From assembly GCF_009834535.1 (NCBI RefSeq), contig NC_045697.1, positions 27,840,001-27,904,000 of the forward strand: a stretch of 64,000 bases of DNA, in the 5' to 3' direction. The notes beneath the pieces were generated by a model. The model was given only the letters and a program-made list of their open reading frames with translations, had not been told where the DNA came from and did no database searches. This DNA comes from Camelus ferus. Lineage: Eukaryota. Below, in pieces: positions 36,052 to 50,209 of this stretch. The position numbers and the translations under genes are program-made. The number at the start of each line of letters is the position of its first letter. Position 1 is the stretch's first letter.

Positions 36052-39000
36052 GTAAGTATCCTGAGGTATGCCCGGCATTTGCGTAGTGGTGTGCATCTTG
36101 GAGCCTGGAATGGAAGCACGGGCTTCCAGCGCGGGATGTGGTGTGGACTGCCGGGACCACCTTGTCGTGCGGGGCAGCCGCTGGGCCAGATGGGAGAATC
36201 TCTCCAAAAACAGTGTGCTCTGTGACACACACAGCATTGAGATAACTACATCACGTTTTCAGTGAATTGGTCACCCACGGTATTGCCGCTTTACCTCATA
36301 AATCAGTGTTATGTTGTTTTTTCCCGTCCTTCCAGACTATGTGTGTATAGTTTCCCATCCTTATCCCTACGTGGATTGAGGTTGGTGTTCTGGATACTCC
36401 ACTTAAGGTTAGATCCTGAAAAGGGTCCCACATCATCCTTCCTGTTACTTCTCATAGAGTATAGGGTTTATCTGATGGGGAAGGGCTTTAATCAGCGTTT
36501 TCAGGCTGACCACACGCACAAGAAAGATCCTCCAGAACCAGTCCTGTGGCACAGAAAGTTGACCATATTGCTCAGAGAAGCTCGGCATTAAAGAACTCTT
36601 CGGTCTCGTCAGTCGTGTCTGCCCTAGAATGTTCAGCTGCTTTAGAACTGCTCTCCAGTAGGAAGCTGACGCTGTGTTGGTTGGCGTCCACGCACCTGAA
36701 CAGCGGTTTATAATGTGATGGTGTCACACACAGGCGAAGTAACTTCATGAATGGGATTTGCCACTATAGATATCCTTGACTTCTGCCAGGGACTTCACTG
36801 GAGGCTGTGTTTGTAGTGGGTACGAAGGTGACCCTTGGACACAACATCTTGGATCCCAGCTCTGCTCTCCGCTGTTTGTATGACCTTGGCCTGTCATTTA
36901 GTCTTGCTGCTTCTGTTTCCTCTTTATTTGCATTATTATTTGTGATTATTTTTCTGGTGTTAAGGTGCTTTTGACATTGGATTTAATGGCCGGCTTCTTA
37001 GCACAAAGGAAGTACAATTATTGTCTCCTCGGCCTCCCTTCCGTCATATTGCTCCCCATAGCACCTTTTCGCCAACTTTTCTGCTCACCTTTCTCTTTTA
37101 CTCTCTGCACCCTTCTCCCTTATACAGTTAATTATGCAACAGAATGTGAATTCTCTGGTTTTAGAATAGCTGTTTTATGGAACTTCATATATATTTTAGT
37201 CGTATGCACATTCAACCCAAGTAGATGCCTTCATAATACCTCGTGTGTTGTTATTTGCACTGAATTATAGTCAGTATTTGGGGGAGGAGAGGTTGTCATC
37301 CTGACAGATGAAGAGAATGAATCTTCTTACCCAAGCACGTCAGCAGGGAGAGAGTCTGATGGACTTGGACATCACTGCCCTTCACAGTTGCATAGTGCTC
37401 TTTTGCCCCCTAAAAGGAAGCTTTTCCAAGTGTTTTCAAAGGAGCCATCTCTCTCCCAAAACGCACGTGGGAGTCAGAGCAGATAGAGAACTGATGAGCC
37501 AGGACAGAAATAACTCGCCTGTAACCTCACGGTTAACAGCAGAGGGGACCTGGCCTGATCTGCTCCCAGATGAGTGTTCTTCCCGCCATGTTCAGCCCGC
37601 ATCTAGCCAACTGCATCTGCTCTGCACTTGAGTGAAAGGGAAAACAGAAAGACCGACCAGAATGGACACATCTTGGGGGCTGAATTACCTCTTTTTTAGG
37701 ATGGTGGGTGTCTCTGGCAAGGTAACTGTCAACTTGGCTTGCACCTGTAATTGTCCCAGCACAGGTGATGGAAAAGATGCTATAAAGCCAACTGCCCACA
37801 GAGGGAGGGGCCCACTGCCTGAAAAGGGGTTATTCCAAGGTCTGGGTATGCACAGCAGTGTAACACGGCAGGGAGGCAACAACTGTGCTCTCAGTGCTGC
37901 TGTGAAGAGGATGCTGCGTCTTTCTTCTGTCTTATTTCAAGCAGTGTTCTTTTGATGATCTCAAGCTAAATGGCCTTTAATGATTAATGAGTAATGTGCT
38001 TATTCTAATGCTGACCTAAGAATGCATCTTGCCTCTCAGAAAATTCACGAGATTAGCCACAACTGGGACATGTACTCTTCAAGTAGTTCTCTCACAGATG
38101 TGATTAAGTAATGCCTTGGAGTGTGCCCAGTAGCAGCCCACATAGGAAGCCAGCTCGCCAGGAAAGAATCCCTGGAAACCAGGCTTCTGGTATCACTTTG
38201 ATGAGACAACCCCAGTCACATTTGCCTTAGGAAACCCTTTAGAGGGCGGGCTTTAACATACAGCTTTGAAATTCATTTGGTTAATCATAGAATTATAGCT
38301 TTAGAATTATTTTTAAAGGCACTCAAATGTATATCAGATTTCTTTTGTCATCTATTTACATGTGTGAAAATATATTTAGAACAGGAAGCTGGAGGATCAG
38401 ATTTTCCCATTGAGTTGTGTGTGTGAATTGTAGCAAACTTAAGAGGGATGAGCTTAACTCAAAACAGTGACCAGGTCTCTGATATTTAATAGCTGTTCTA
38501 ACTTCTGGGTTGTAATGATCCCAAACAACCTCCTTAAAACTGAGCAGTGAGACCAAAAAGGGCGAGTGAGATTCCAGGATTCTGATGTCCAGCCGCAGCC
38601 TGTACCAACATCCGGCTCTTTAGAGATGGGCTGCTGACCACTCTTGAGTGATGCTGGCTTTCGAGGGAGATGTTGGCTGGAGTAGAGATTTCCTGATCTG
38701 ATGTTGGGACATCCCCAAAAAAACCCTCATGAAATTAAACAGCTGCAGGGGCAAAGTATGCAAATGGGTTTCTGAACCTTGAAATATTAGCAGCTACCTT
38801 TCAGTAGATTTGCATCTGGAACAGATAACATTCTTGTAAGTGCTCTGCATGTATTACTCACAAAGCCTCCTGAGGTCATTTTATTCTCATCCTCATCTTA
38901 CAGAGAGGACCCCCTTGCCAAGGGTCACAGGGGCTATCTAGTGGCAGAGCTGGAATTTAAAGCTGGAGCACACAGCCTTGTTGGGTACCTTTTTTGAGGG

Positions 39001-40968
39001 TAACATTTTCATAAAATGAGCAACTGAAAAAGCAATTGTAACTACTGCCCAGAAACTATTAAACAGATTCCCAACCCATAAAACCTAATAACTGGGAGAG
39101 ACTTCTAAAGTCATGTGGGATTCTCTCTGTGTCCCAGGGGCACATGAGATACCTTTAGCCATTTATTTTTTTCCCCTCAGCATTCTATTTCCTCAAGTTC
39201 TCTTAGTGAAGATGAAACATTTTCAATCGATGGCATTAAAGTTGAAAGTTAGAAATAAACTGATAACTGTTCTTTTTGTTGAAGGATCTTAGATTAATAA
39301 TTCGACTTTATAAAAACTCTGTACATAAACCTCTCACTTGTGTTTTCTCTGCTCTTTGTACCTTTCTATAATTGAAGTCCTTTTTCTTCCCCAGCCCCTC
39401 CACCCCCGTCACTAGTTCGTGCTCACTTTTCCATGTGTCTAAACTTGGCTCTTTTATTCTTTTGTATCATCTGTCTAAGCATGGGGTAGGAAGGTAAAGT
39501 GATACTCAAAACTGAGTTTTCTTTGCTAATAATAAGTGAGAAGTAAGGTTACTTAAGATAAAATGCACTTGTTATTCGCTTCCTAGTCACTTCTTAGGGT
39601 GCCTGAAAAAGTTGTTGATGCGGCATGTGTACTTCTTAACATTTTTACCAAGATAAAAAACAAGTTTCATTTCAGGGACTCTCTTGATTTTTATGGCTAA
39701 ATTTTATCTCTTTTTTTTTTTTTTTCTTTTTTATCTCACAAGATTGCTTGTTTACCTCATCAAGTTCTTTTTTTTCTTTTCACCAGTTTTTTCCCCCCAT
39801 ACGTACTTGTTCAAAACATTCATATGTTATTTGGAACATTTTAAGAGCTTTAGATTTTAGATTCAAAAGAAAAAGAAGTCGGTTACAGTTAGAGGCCAAC
39901 TACATAAACTTGTGGTATATCACGTAATTAGGCATTAGGAAAGCAAGTGGGTGAATTGGAGCTTTTAAATTACTTACGTCAACCAGCAAGGAAACCTGAA
40001 AAAACTACAAATTTTTTCCCATCTCTTCCCCATCTGCCTTTTCTCTCCACCAGAATTTCCTGAAAAAGAAAGTTCATAGCAACGATGCTTAATGTGATTT
40101 AATTTCAAATCCATCATGGGAAGGTGTGCAGGTGTGGGAGTGGAGTCTGGGCGAGAGCAGCCGGGAGTGGGAGGACGCCAGGCAGCCGGTGGGGGAGCGG
40201 GCCCTGCGCCTGGAGCCCACCCGCGTCCTGGGTGAGGGGCCTCCTCGCCTGGCCGCCAGCACTGCCTGAAGTTCCTCTTGGAGCAGGGATACTAGTGACA
40301 GTAAAAGTCTGGGTTTGTGATGACAGCAGTGCCACCTTTTTTTTACGTCTTGGAAGAGCCAGCATTTGAAAACCAAATGTGAATTGAGTCTCTTTAAGAC
40401 TCAAATGAAATGCCAATTATATAAAGGCTAAAACAGTTACATCCTACAGTGTGGTTGCCTGAGACTTAGGAATTTGACCTTGTACATCTTCCCCTAAAGA
40501 ACAATAAATGGAAACTAGGGCAACCTGTGAGAAAACATAGTACAGAGTTCAGCATCGCCTAGGAGCACGAAGTTCTACAAGATGGCAAATTTTTATTGAG
40601 GGAAAGAGACTCTCCTAGCACTTTGCGCCTCCCTCGAGCGTGGCACCTAACCCTTCTTACTGTCCTTACTTATCTACATGTCTGTCTCCCCCTAGAGTGT
40701 GAGCTCCTCCAGGGCAGGAACCCTGTTTTTATTCATCTTTGTGTCCCGGTGCCAAGCACAGTGCCTGGCTCATGGTAGGTGCTCACTCCATGTTTGTTGA
40801 ATGAATATAGCAGTGCTTCTTGGGTTGATCATCTAATTTGTTTTTATTTATTTTGTTGGGTTTGTTTGTTTGTTTGTTTTTTGCCCAGTGTTGTTAATGC
40901 TTTTGGTAGACGGAAGGGAAGGAAGAGCCTTTCACTCAACATTTTGCATTTGACATTGGCTTTCCTAG

Positions 40969-41129
40969 GAATCACCCTTCAGTCATCGTGCAGCCCGGGA
41001 AGAGACCTTTACCTGTGGAGTCCCCAGACACCCAGAGGAAGCGGCGGATACACAGATGTGATTATGACGGATGCAACAAAGTGTACACTAAAAGCTCTCA
41101 CTTGAAAGCACACAGAAGAACACATACAG
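40969..41129 (+). CDS. KLF3: KLF3 exon 5 (161 nt): basic NLS-like RKRR and zinc finger 1
   Basis: Acceptor tttcctag|, donor CAG|GTACTA. Encodes [24 protein letters not shown]. Confidence 0.98.
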
Positions 41130-43230
41130 GTACTAGAAATATATACCAGACTCACTTCATCTTTCTTTGGAAGTACTGTAGTGGACTGTTAAAGACAAGC
41201 GTTCTGGCTTTCAGAGATTGTTATGATGAAAGTTTTCCAGGCGTCTTGAAAGTTACTGTAGTTGGCTGCAGATGTCTCTTGTCAGTTGTGAGAAGTGAAG
41301 TTTTTGCTCATGATTTGTTTTTGTAATAGACTAGACTCAGGGTTATCCCTGTCACAAGGCCCCTCACACCTGCTTGCAGTTCTGTGGTCACTGGAGTCAG
41401 GGAGAGAGCAGGGCATGGAACCTCTGCTGGGAACAGAGGAGGAAGTGCCCTTACCCGTGGGCTGTCATTTAATAAATGTTGTACGTTATCAAATTTGCAA
41501 TGGTTAAAAAAACAAACAGTTCTTTATGCAGAACAGTTTATAGAAATGGAATTCAAATGGAAAACAGTCACTGAAAGAAAGAAAAGTGAAGAAATTGGGA
41601 TAATTATCCTCTTCTAAGACTAAGGGAACTTTTATGTGATTGCCTGCCATATTTGTTTTAGGGTATTTTTCAACCTGCCCAGTGTTGAATGTAGAGCGAG
41701 CTGTGCCACCAGACCTTATAAACATTTTTAAATGGGTGAAGAAAACATAAAATTGTTCTGTGAGCTCGTGAACATTTTGTAGCAAAACATCTTAAGGAAT
41801 TCGTGCAGAAATGTTTTCAACAACCTGGTTAATTGCAGTCAGTGTTGGTGCTTAATGTTTGTGGTAGGACTCATCTGACCTAACCTCACACTCTTGGATG
41901 TGAATTTCTAGTGTAACAGCAATTTCCGCTTCTGTACATTTTCCTTAACTCAGTGGAGAATTTCTGGCATCTTGTGAGTCATTCTTACATAGAGAAGAGT
42001 CTGGGATTTAGAGGAGAAAAGGGGAAGAAAGTGTCTGGCAGAGCAGAAGTAAAGACTTTCCAGTGCCTCCTGGGGAGGGGGCAGAGGACGCCGAGGGAGT
42101 TCAGCCCAAGTACAGCTGTTCTTTGGCTTCCTGATGGGTTATAAAGCAGAGAGCTGCTGGTGGTGTTTGGAGGAGCAGCCAGGCAGCAGTGCCAAATAGA
42201 ATCATGAAAGCGTCCCCAGGGCATGAATGGGACCTGAGAGGTGGAAGTTGTTACCACAGTCCAGCCTAAGACTAGAAAGGCATCGGCTATTTGGACAACA
42301 ATTCAGAGATGTAGGAAGAATAACCCTTAGCTTTTATACTCTGTGCAGCAAAGTAGATCATTTAAATTCTGAAATATCTCATTGAAATGCCAAGGAATGG
42401 CATCCTTTAGGGTTTCTAGAAAACAAGGAATAGTAAATGGGAATGAATCTGTGATGCCCACTACCTGTTATTATTAATTTAAATATGTAGGGCTTTCATT
42501 TACAGCCCTTTTATTTGTAAGGAACTTCATGCTGGCTGTCCCAGCGATTTCCCCACAAGGGTCTCCTGTTCCGCACCTGATATGATCAGTATCCCACAGG
42601 AGGGGGTTATAGAAACCTGACTTGTCACAGTATGGAGAGGAATTACTGTATTTTCTGTGCATCCGAATTAAAGCTTTATACTTAGGCATTGTCATCATTG
42701 ACTGAACAAAAAATAAAATGTTGAAATCCCTGACGTATTTCAGAGACTTCAAGTTTTTAGAAAACTGTTGAAAAGAATAAGAAAATCTCTCAAACTTCCC
42801 AATTGGACTTCTCATTGAATGGAGAGCACGGCATAAAACTAAGCAACTAAGTAGGTTTATGGCTTGGAGAGCAATAAATACAGATCACCAGGTGCTAAGT
42901 TATTCATCCCCACTATTGAGGGCAAACCTGAAATTATTTGGTAGCCCCTCAGAATGGGTTTCAGTGCCATAAATATGCTTTAAGAACTCTTAAAATATAC
43001 ACCCACCCCTCTTTGGAGACAGAGAGCTCATTAAATATTAAGACAATTAATGAATTTTTGTTTGTCCCGTAGTGGTTTATAAGGCACTGGTTTATAAGGG
43101 ACAAACGTATGAACATATTTTGGAAATAACATTTGTCAAGAGCTATAGCTCAAAAATATTTACTGTCTTTGGTTATTAATATCCTATTGCTTTCAAAAAA
43201 AAATAAACACTTTTCCTCCTCTTTCTGCAG

Positions 43231-43412
43231 GAGAAAAACCCTACAAATGTACATGGGAAGGATGCACATGGAAGTTTGCTCGGTCTGATGAACTCACAAG
43301 ACATTTCCGAAAACACACTGGAATCAAACCTTTCCAGTGTCCAGACTGTGACCGCAGCTTCTCCCGCTCTGACCACCTGGCCCTGCACAGGAAGCGCCAC
43401 ATGCTCGTGTGA
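43231..43412 (+). CDS. KLF3: KLF3 exon 6 coding part: zinc fingers 2-3 and stop
   Basis: Acceptor ctttctgcag|. Encodes [60 protein letters not shown] then TGA (43410-43412). Total CDS 57+487+151+161+182=1038 nt. Confidence 0.98.
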
Positions 43413-46400
43413 ATGCGTCCGTCTCCCGCCTCCGCGTGGCTCCCCACTCACCCAGCTCTCTCTCTGCCCTCTCTTCCATTATCTAATTCATTTTTTACAT
43501 GTACATTTTAATTTGGATTCAGCTGGTCTGAATCTCTGAATTTCTATCATTCAAACTTCCATATGGTCAGTAGTAAATATTCTCTAATCCTCCCTCTCCT
43601 TACCACGGGTCAGACCTAAAGAATGTGAACACTTTTTTTTTTTTTCCTTTTCTGGGGATGCTAAGCAAACCCTTCTTAGAGATACGTTTAATGTTATGAG
43701 AACAAGGGAACATGTAAAGTAACAACCAATTGTCGGTTTCTCCATGTATTCCTCAAAAGAACGTCAAAGTAAATGTATTAGAAATACAGTATCCAGCCTG
43801 CTAGTCCTTGCCAGAGACATCCAGACCTCTGAGCCCTGCGATGGCCTTCAGCTCCACGGTGAAAAGAAAGGTGGAGCCTTCCACAGCCAAGCAGCAGGAT
43901 GTCAGACTAGTGCAGTCAGCTCTTCCATTGTCCTGCACAAATCCAACTTGTCAACTTGGATTTAGCACTTCATCTAAATTTACATCCTTTACCCTCCTTT
44001 GTGCCTCCAGCTACTAAGGAGGTCTTTGCCGCCACTGGGAGGTGAGCCAGAGCTGCTGATTTAGGTGAGCGATGTCCTCCGTGGAGGGGATGAATGCTGT
44101 ACTTGCATAACATGGAGTCGGAGCACAGGGGCTGAGCAGGGCGGGTGAAGGGGGAAGCCAGCCTCTCCTGCTGGGCTAAGGCTTTTCAGTGAGAATTCAT
44201 CATTTGGTTAGCTGGGCAGCACGCTCCTAGAGCTTTGATCTCCATGCAGATTTAGCTGTGCGGGACCCCACTGCAAAGCCAGGTGCTGATGGGGTTATCC
44301 ACGCACCCGTCTCCATTCTTACGATGTCCTTAATGTGGATCGCCAAGCATTGATCGTAGGGACACCACAAAAGTATTTGCCCAATAATGGTAAAAAAAAA
44401 AAATCTTTTGAGTAAGGGTATGAGTGACCTCTTCCCCAACCTGCTTAACACCACTTTTGCAAACAGGGAAACGTTGAGTGGCCATTGTATTCCCATATCA
44501 AATTATCATAGAGCTCTCCTACGGTAACTCTTCATGTGAGCTGTCCGGTGCCAGACTGCCTGTCATCTCTGTTCATGACACATACCTGCTAATGCTTTAT
44601 TAGTTTCCTTCCATTTAAGACCTGAGTGACACTATTTGTAAATATATAGTTGTGAAGCACACATAGCTTTCTTTGAGGGACAGATTTCTGAAAAATCTAG
44701 AAAACCACAGTTCAGGGATTCATATATGTAGCTCAGAAATTCCCAAACGTTTCCTGTTGGAGCCGGCAATCTCCTTTCATTATCTGGGATCCTGTCAGAG
44801 GAACAAACCGAAAATGACTCGTGTTTATGTGGAAGATGAATAGCACCATTATTTGAGGGAAGTTTTTCAAAAGCAGGCTTTTGAGCACCAGAGTATCAAT
44901 GCCAATAAAAAGAATTCATGCGTAGAAATGCCATTGGTCCTAAATTTGAAGAAATTGGGCGGCAGTGGTCTAAATGTGAGTGCGTATAAGCAGACGCACC
45001 TTCATCCCTCGACAAAGGATGGAGGAGCAGAGAGAAGAATGGAATCCTGAAGACTGATCCCAGCCACAACTCAGGATCCAACACAACCCTACCTGGGAGG
45101 AATACAGTCACTGGTTTCTGAGACATCGGTGCGTGAGTGACTCTGGAGGCCTGCAAACCACGTGGGGAGCTTACTCTGATGGCGCTGTGTTAATAAAAGG
45201 TAGTTGTAGGGACTGCACACCTCAGAGACCCCGCTTATCAGCCCCTCGGAACCAACTGAGAGGAGATGTAGTTGAGAAATGCAAAGTAATTTGTCATCTT
45301 GGCACTTGGTTTTTATTTTCTTTATTTTTTTTTTCTATCTTAAGCACTGCAAGATTTGTTTAGAATATTAAAACATCCTTATTAGGCGCTTTTTTTTTTT
45401 TTTTTTTTTTTTGCAACTATGACATGAATTGAGGGATTTAAAAAATGGCTCTTGGGCACGTAGGTGTTGTCTGTATTGTAAATGTTAGCCACCTTCATGC
45501 CAAAGTGTTTATTGCTTGAAATGGTCCTTCCACAACGCACCGAAGAATTACGTTGGAGTAAGAAGAGCTTCTTTGTTTTAATGGAAGTAACCAGTTTATG
45601 TATGTTCTGACCCACCTAGAAGGTGGGGAAAAGTGGCAAGAAAGGGTCAAGTTGATATTTGACTAATGAGCTTTGAGTCTAAGTCCAGCTAATAGAAATC
45701 TTCGTGGGTTCTCATGGAATTTGATGTGTTTGCTATGGCATATTTAAATTTTTTTCTAAAAAGCAAGCAAGACCCTGCCAGGACTATTACATTACTATTC
45801 AGCTTGCTCAGGTGATACTAACAGTTTGTTAACAAAGATTTCATTTTAACCCTGAAAAAAGCAACCAGGGAAGCTATTCTCTGTTCCCATGCTGGTCTGT
45901 ATACTTTAGTTACCAATTGGCTTGTAACAAATTTTCCTTTTTTTATATATATTTGTATTTTACTATGATAGTTGAGAAATTTAGTCTCTTAGTAATTTTT
46001 AGCTATTATGGTGGAAGACCTCCAATACAAGATAAGGTGCCCTTGAACGTGTGGTTTTGATAATAAGCCATGTTAACTATCAATGGTGATTTTAATTGCA
46101 ATATTTTAAATTGATGAGAATGATTTGTAACACGAAGTTAGTGTTGTAAATTCTGTTTGTTATAGAATTCTTTGATTATTATCCAAGTGTCATCATGGGG
46201 AAGAAGTCAGAAAAATGAAAATCTGCATTCATTATATTCTAGAGTTCTAAAATGCGAATCTACATCATAAATGGGCATTAACATTCTACATCGCCTGGCT
46301 TGGAGAACGTGTTAGCAGCATAGCTATGTTCAACTAAGGAAATGCTAAATACCAGAAGTTTCAAGAGCCTTGGGACAGATTTACAGGGGAACTATATACG

Positions 46401-47190
46401 TATGTGTATATTTTATTAAACACCCATCTGCACTATCAGTGTTGCACTAATGTGGAATTTGAAAAACTATTGCTGATAACTGTCTATCTGGACATCATTC
46501 CTGATTAGATTGTTTCAAAGACAATCTCAGATCTAAGTTTTAAAATATTTTGATTGGTTTGAAAATACACTGTCATCTTGAAGGAATTGCTGTCACACAT
46601 GAAGTTGCTCACAGTTGTCTTTAGTCTCTTCTTGGTCAAGGTTAACAATTTCTAAATGATTGCAAATTCACTTAATACATTTACAAAGCCATTTTACATG
46701 CATTAAACGAGGGCTACAACAATATTATGTTTTACAAATACTAGCACTTTTTTTTCTTTTTTTTGCTGTTATGTATTTAGTGTTAGAGGGTCAAAATAAT
46801 CTTTCTGCTTAGCATCTCTTAAACCATACCTGCAAGTGTAGCAGGATTATTACATTTACAGTACTTTAATACTTGTATAAACTATGCAGAAATTTTTAAT
46901 AAAGTGTAATATATTTTATAAGCTAATAAGACTGAATGGGTAAAGGTTTTTAGCATGCATTAGTATACTTGCAAATACTGAAACATTTTGGTAATCTTTC
47001 TTACTAAAGATGTGAATGTTTAATGTACCTTCTCTGTTTCTACTCTGTAGTCCAATGGGAATTCAGTAATGACATTTTGTCATGTCAAACTGTGAACATA
47101 AATTTGTACTGTACAGTCCTCATATACTATATACAGTATGCAATATATGTATTATATACTTGTTAATAAAACCATCAGAATATTAAATGT
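43413..47190 (+). other. KLF3: KLF3 long 3' UTR (end approximate)
   Basis: No obvious transposon relics, AU-rich distal part with multiple miRNA seed matches, ending near AATAAA at 47165. Confidence 0.75.
47165..47170 (+). terminator. Likely major polyadenylation signal AATAAA (alternatives at 46898, 45192, 44904)
   Basis: AATAAA preceded by TGTA elements and followed by GT-rich sequence. Confidence 0.7.
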
Positions 47191-48606
47191 GATCATGTGA
47201 GTACTATGTATGCAGTGATCACTTGGAACAAAACTTAGCAATGTAACATGTAAGAGGCCCTCTATAGACATTTCAACGTAAATCACCCTTGGATAGGCAG
47301 TCACTAGTGAAGGGAAAGAAAAACAAATCTAATTGGAAGATGCACTGTATGAGTTCAGTCTTCGCTAAAGCTATGTCTCTGGTTTTCTGATAACGGGAAG
47401 TCTTCTAAGTACAAACCATAAACTTGTAGACAACCCAGCATAAACCTGCAAACTCACTAGTGCATTCTTGAAATACTTTGTTTATGACCCTATCTCCTTC
47501 CAAAAGGTATTTTCAGTGCCTTGTATGTAATATTTTGAATTTTCGAATGAAAGATCAGGAATCACAGCTTGAGCAGTAGGGAATCAGGAATAGGATAGTA
47601 ACCATTAAAGAGTAATTCCGGATAAACATTTTCAAGCCGTCAGTCAGCCATCTCCATGGATGCTGCGGTATCCTTAGCATCATAGGAACAAGTAGTTTCT
47701 GGTGGGCATTTAGAGTTCTTGTTAAAGGCCAAATGTCCCCCCGCCCTCCCCCTAGATGTAACCGAGGCTGAGACACTGGCTTTTTAGGTCTCAGCAGCTT
47801 CCTCCAGCCAGACTTCATCTTTGCATAACATGAAGTGATGTCTGGCTGGCACTTGTCCCATGACTCACCTTCACAGGTTAAGGGGAAGTAGGCTGAGGAG
47901 GAGGCTGAATTCAGCTTTCAGAGTACTCTCTCCATTAGCTTTCTCCTGTTAACTTCTCTGCTTCTATACTATGATAGTTGACTGCAAGCTCAATGTTACA
48001 CACGACTGTTAACATCCTAATGGAATATATCATCTTGGACGAGTCCAGATGATTGGCTGGAATCCCCCCACCACACTTCATATATGGGTGAGATGGCACC
48101 TGCTGAGTTCACAATGAGAGCCAGCCTTCTAAGGAAATACTTCGTGAAAGTTGGATGCTCCCTGGGTGAGGGATCACAATGGTGACAAATAGAGATTTTA
48201 CAAGAAACAAACTTCTTTGAGGGATGGTTGAAGAAAGGAGGGATGTTCAGCACACACATGCACAAAATACGCAATCATTGCCCTATATTTTAAATGCTGT
48301 CGATCGAAGAAGGGACTAGGAGCCTTGCTGGGGGCAGGATATCAAGTCTGGTGAGCCTTAAAGGAAAGGCTCTGTTTTCGAATTCTTCTCAAATGTATTA
48401 CTTTGGTGGGGGACAGTTCTCAACAAATCTAGACATCTTTATTGCTTTGAGTGTTTCTGCTCTTTCTGTCCCTGGTTTTGCATTCCCTGCGGGCATCCTG
48501 AGTAGTCCGTGCTAAGGCTAGAAGCCAGAAACTGCACCTGCAGTTTCCTAGACCGGATCTCTTTTACACTGAGCACACTCAATGTTTCCTCCTTCTCAAG
48601 ACTCAG

Positions 48607-49085
48607 TGTATCAGTCAGGGTTCTCCAGAGAAATGGAACCAATAGGATACATTTGTATGTATATAAAGAGATTTTTTGTATGGGATTACGGATTATGATG
48701 ATGGAGGCTGAGAAGTCCCATGATCTGCTATTTACAAGCTGGAGACCCAGGAAAACCAGTGATGTGGACTATCAGGCTAGTCCAAAAGCCTGAGAACCAA
48801 GGGGAACCAGTGGTGTGAAGTCCAAGGGCAGGAGAAGACCAGTGTCCCAGCTTATGAAGACAGGAAGCAAAAGGGGCAAATTCTTCCTTCCTACACCTCT
48901 GTGTTCAGTGCAGGCCCTCAATGAACTGGGTGATGCCCACCCACATTGGGGAGGCCATGTACTTTACTGACTGCACAGATCCAAATGCTAATCTCATCCA
49001 GAAACACCCTCACAGGCACAACCAGAAATAATGTTAACTCTAGGCACTCTGTCACCCAGTCAAGTTGACAAAATTAACCATCACA
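48607..49085 (-). mobile_element. MLT2-like (ERVL) solo LTR
   Basis: Begins TGTATCAGTCAGGGTTCTCCAGAGAAA and ends AAAATTAACCATCACA (TG...CA), matching the recalled antisense MLT2 termini. Confidence 0.85.
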
Positions 49086-50209
49086 CTGGAGAACTTCATC
49101 AGCCCAAGGACTTGGCTTCTACAGAACTCTGTCTGGGAGAGGAGGCCTTTGAAGACCTTCAAGGCTTATGGATCTGCTCCAGATTTCATCTCCTGCTGCA
49201 AAGTCCAACTGCTTCCCGGTCAGTCTCACACCTTCACAGCTATGCTCCTGCAATCCCTCAGTGAAACTGAAACCCCAGCACATGTTCAACCCAGCATCCT
49301 CAGGCCCCACTTCTTGATCTACACACTTGCCCCTGCCTCCTTGAGTTCACTCATTACACTCTAATTATTTGTTCACGACTCTCTTCTCCATCAGAATGAG
49401 AACCCTGTGGGTTGGGGTGGGACTTGTTCACCTTTGTGTCCTCAGAACCACACATTAGATAGTGGTTGAAAGAACAGGTGAATCTGAGTTCTTGTCTTAG
49501 CTTGGATGCTAGCACCTTTCTCACCCCTTCACATCCAACGGTCACCTCTGAAACTTCTCCTGAATTTGTCCTCTCATGTCCATTACAATTCCACTGCTCC
49601 AGTTCAGGCCTCCTAGACTATCCCAGAAGTCCCCTCACTCTCTGACTTCAATCATCCTCCTCCACGTCAGCCACAAGGACCATCCTTCTAAAACAAAGAT
49701 CTGATCATGTTATTATCCACCTGTTTAAAATCCTTCCGTGGCCATCATTGCACCTGAAATGGTTCTTCTTAATTCAGCCCTATTCCCTTTAAAGCCTCAA
49801 TCTATTATCGTAAAATTTTTCTCTTTATCTTTTTCCCCAAGAACCTTCAAACACTCTTCAGACTCTGTGACTCTGATAGTTGCACAAGCTATTCTGGGAG
49901 ATACTCGGCCAACTCATCCTCATCTTTCAAAATCCCACTCAAATGTAACCGCTTCTTTGGGATTTCCTTGGGGAAACTCCACTCACCCTCTCAATAGAGA
50001 TATTCTCTCCCTAATTTTTTCTGTGTCCCCATAACCCTTCTGTTTCCCTCAATTATTAGCACTTACCACTCTGCATTTTCAGTTTACCCATCTGTCTCCT
50101 TCCCTCACTAGATCTCAGATCATCCAAAGATGATTCTATTCCAGATGTCCAAGGTCCAGGGCCAGGCACAAAGTGATACTAAGGGAAGGTATGTTGAAGG
50201 AGCAAATGG

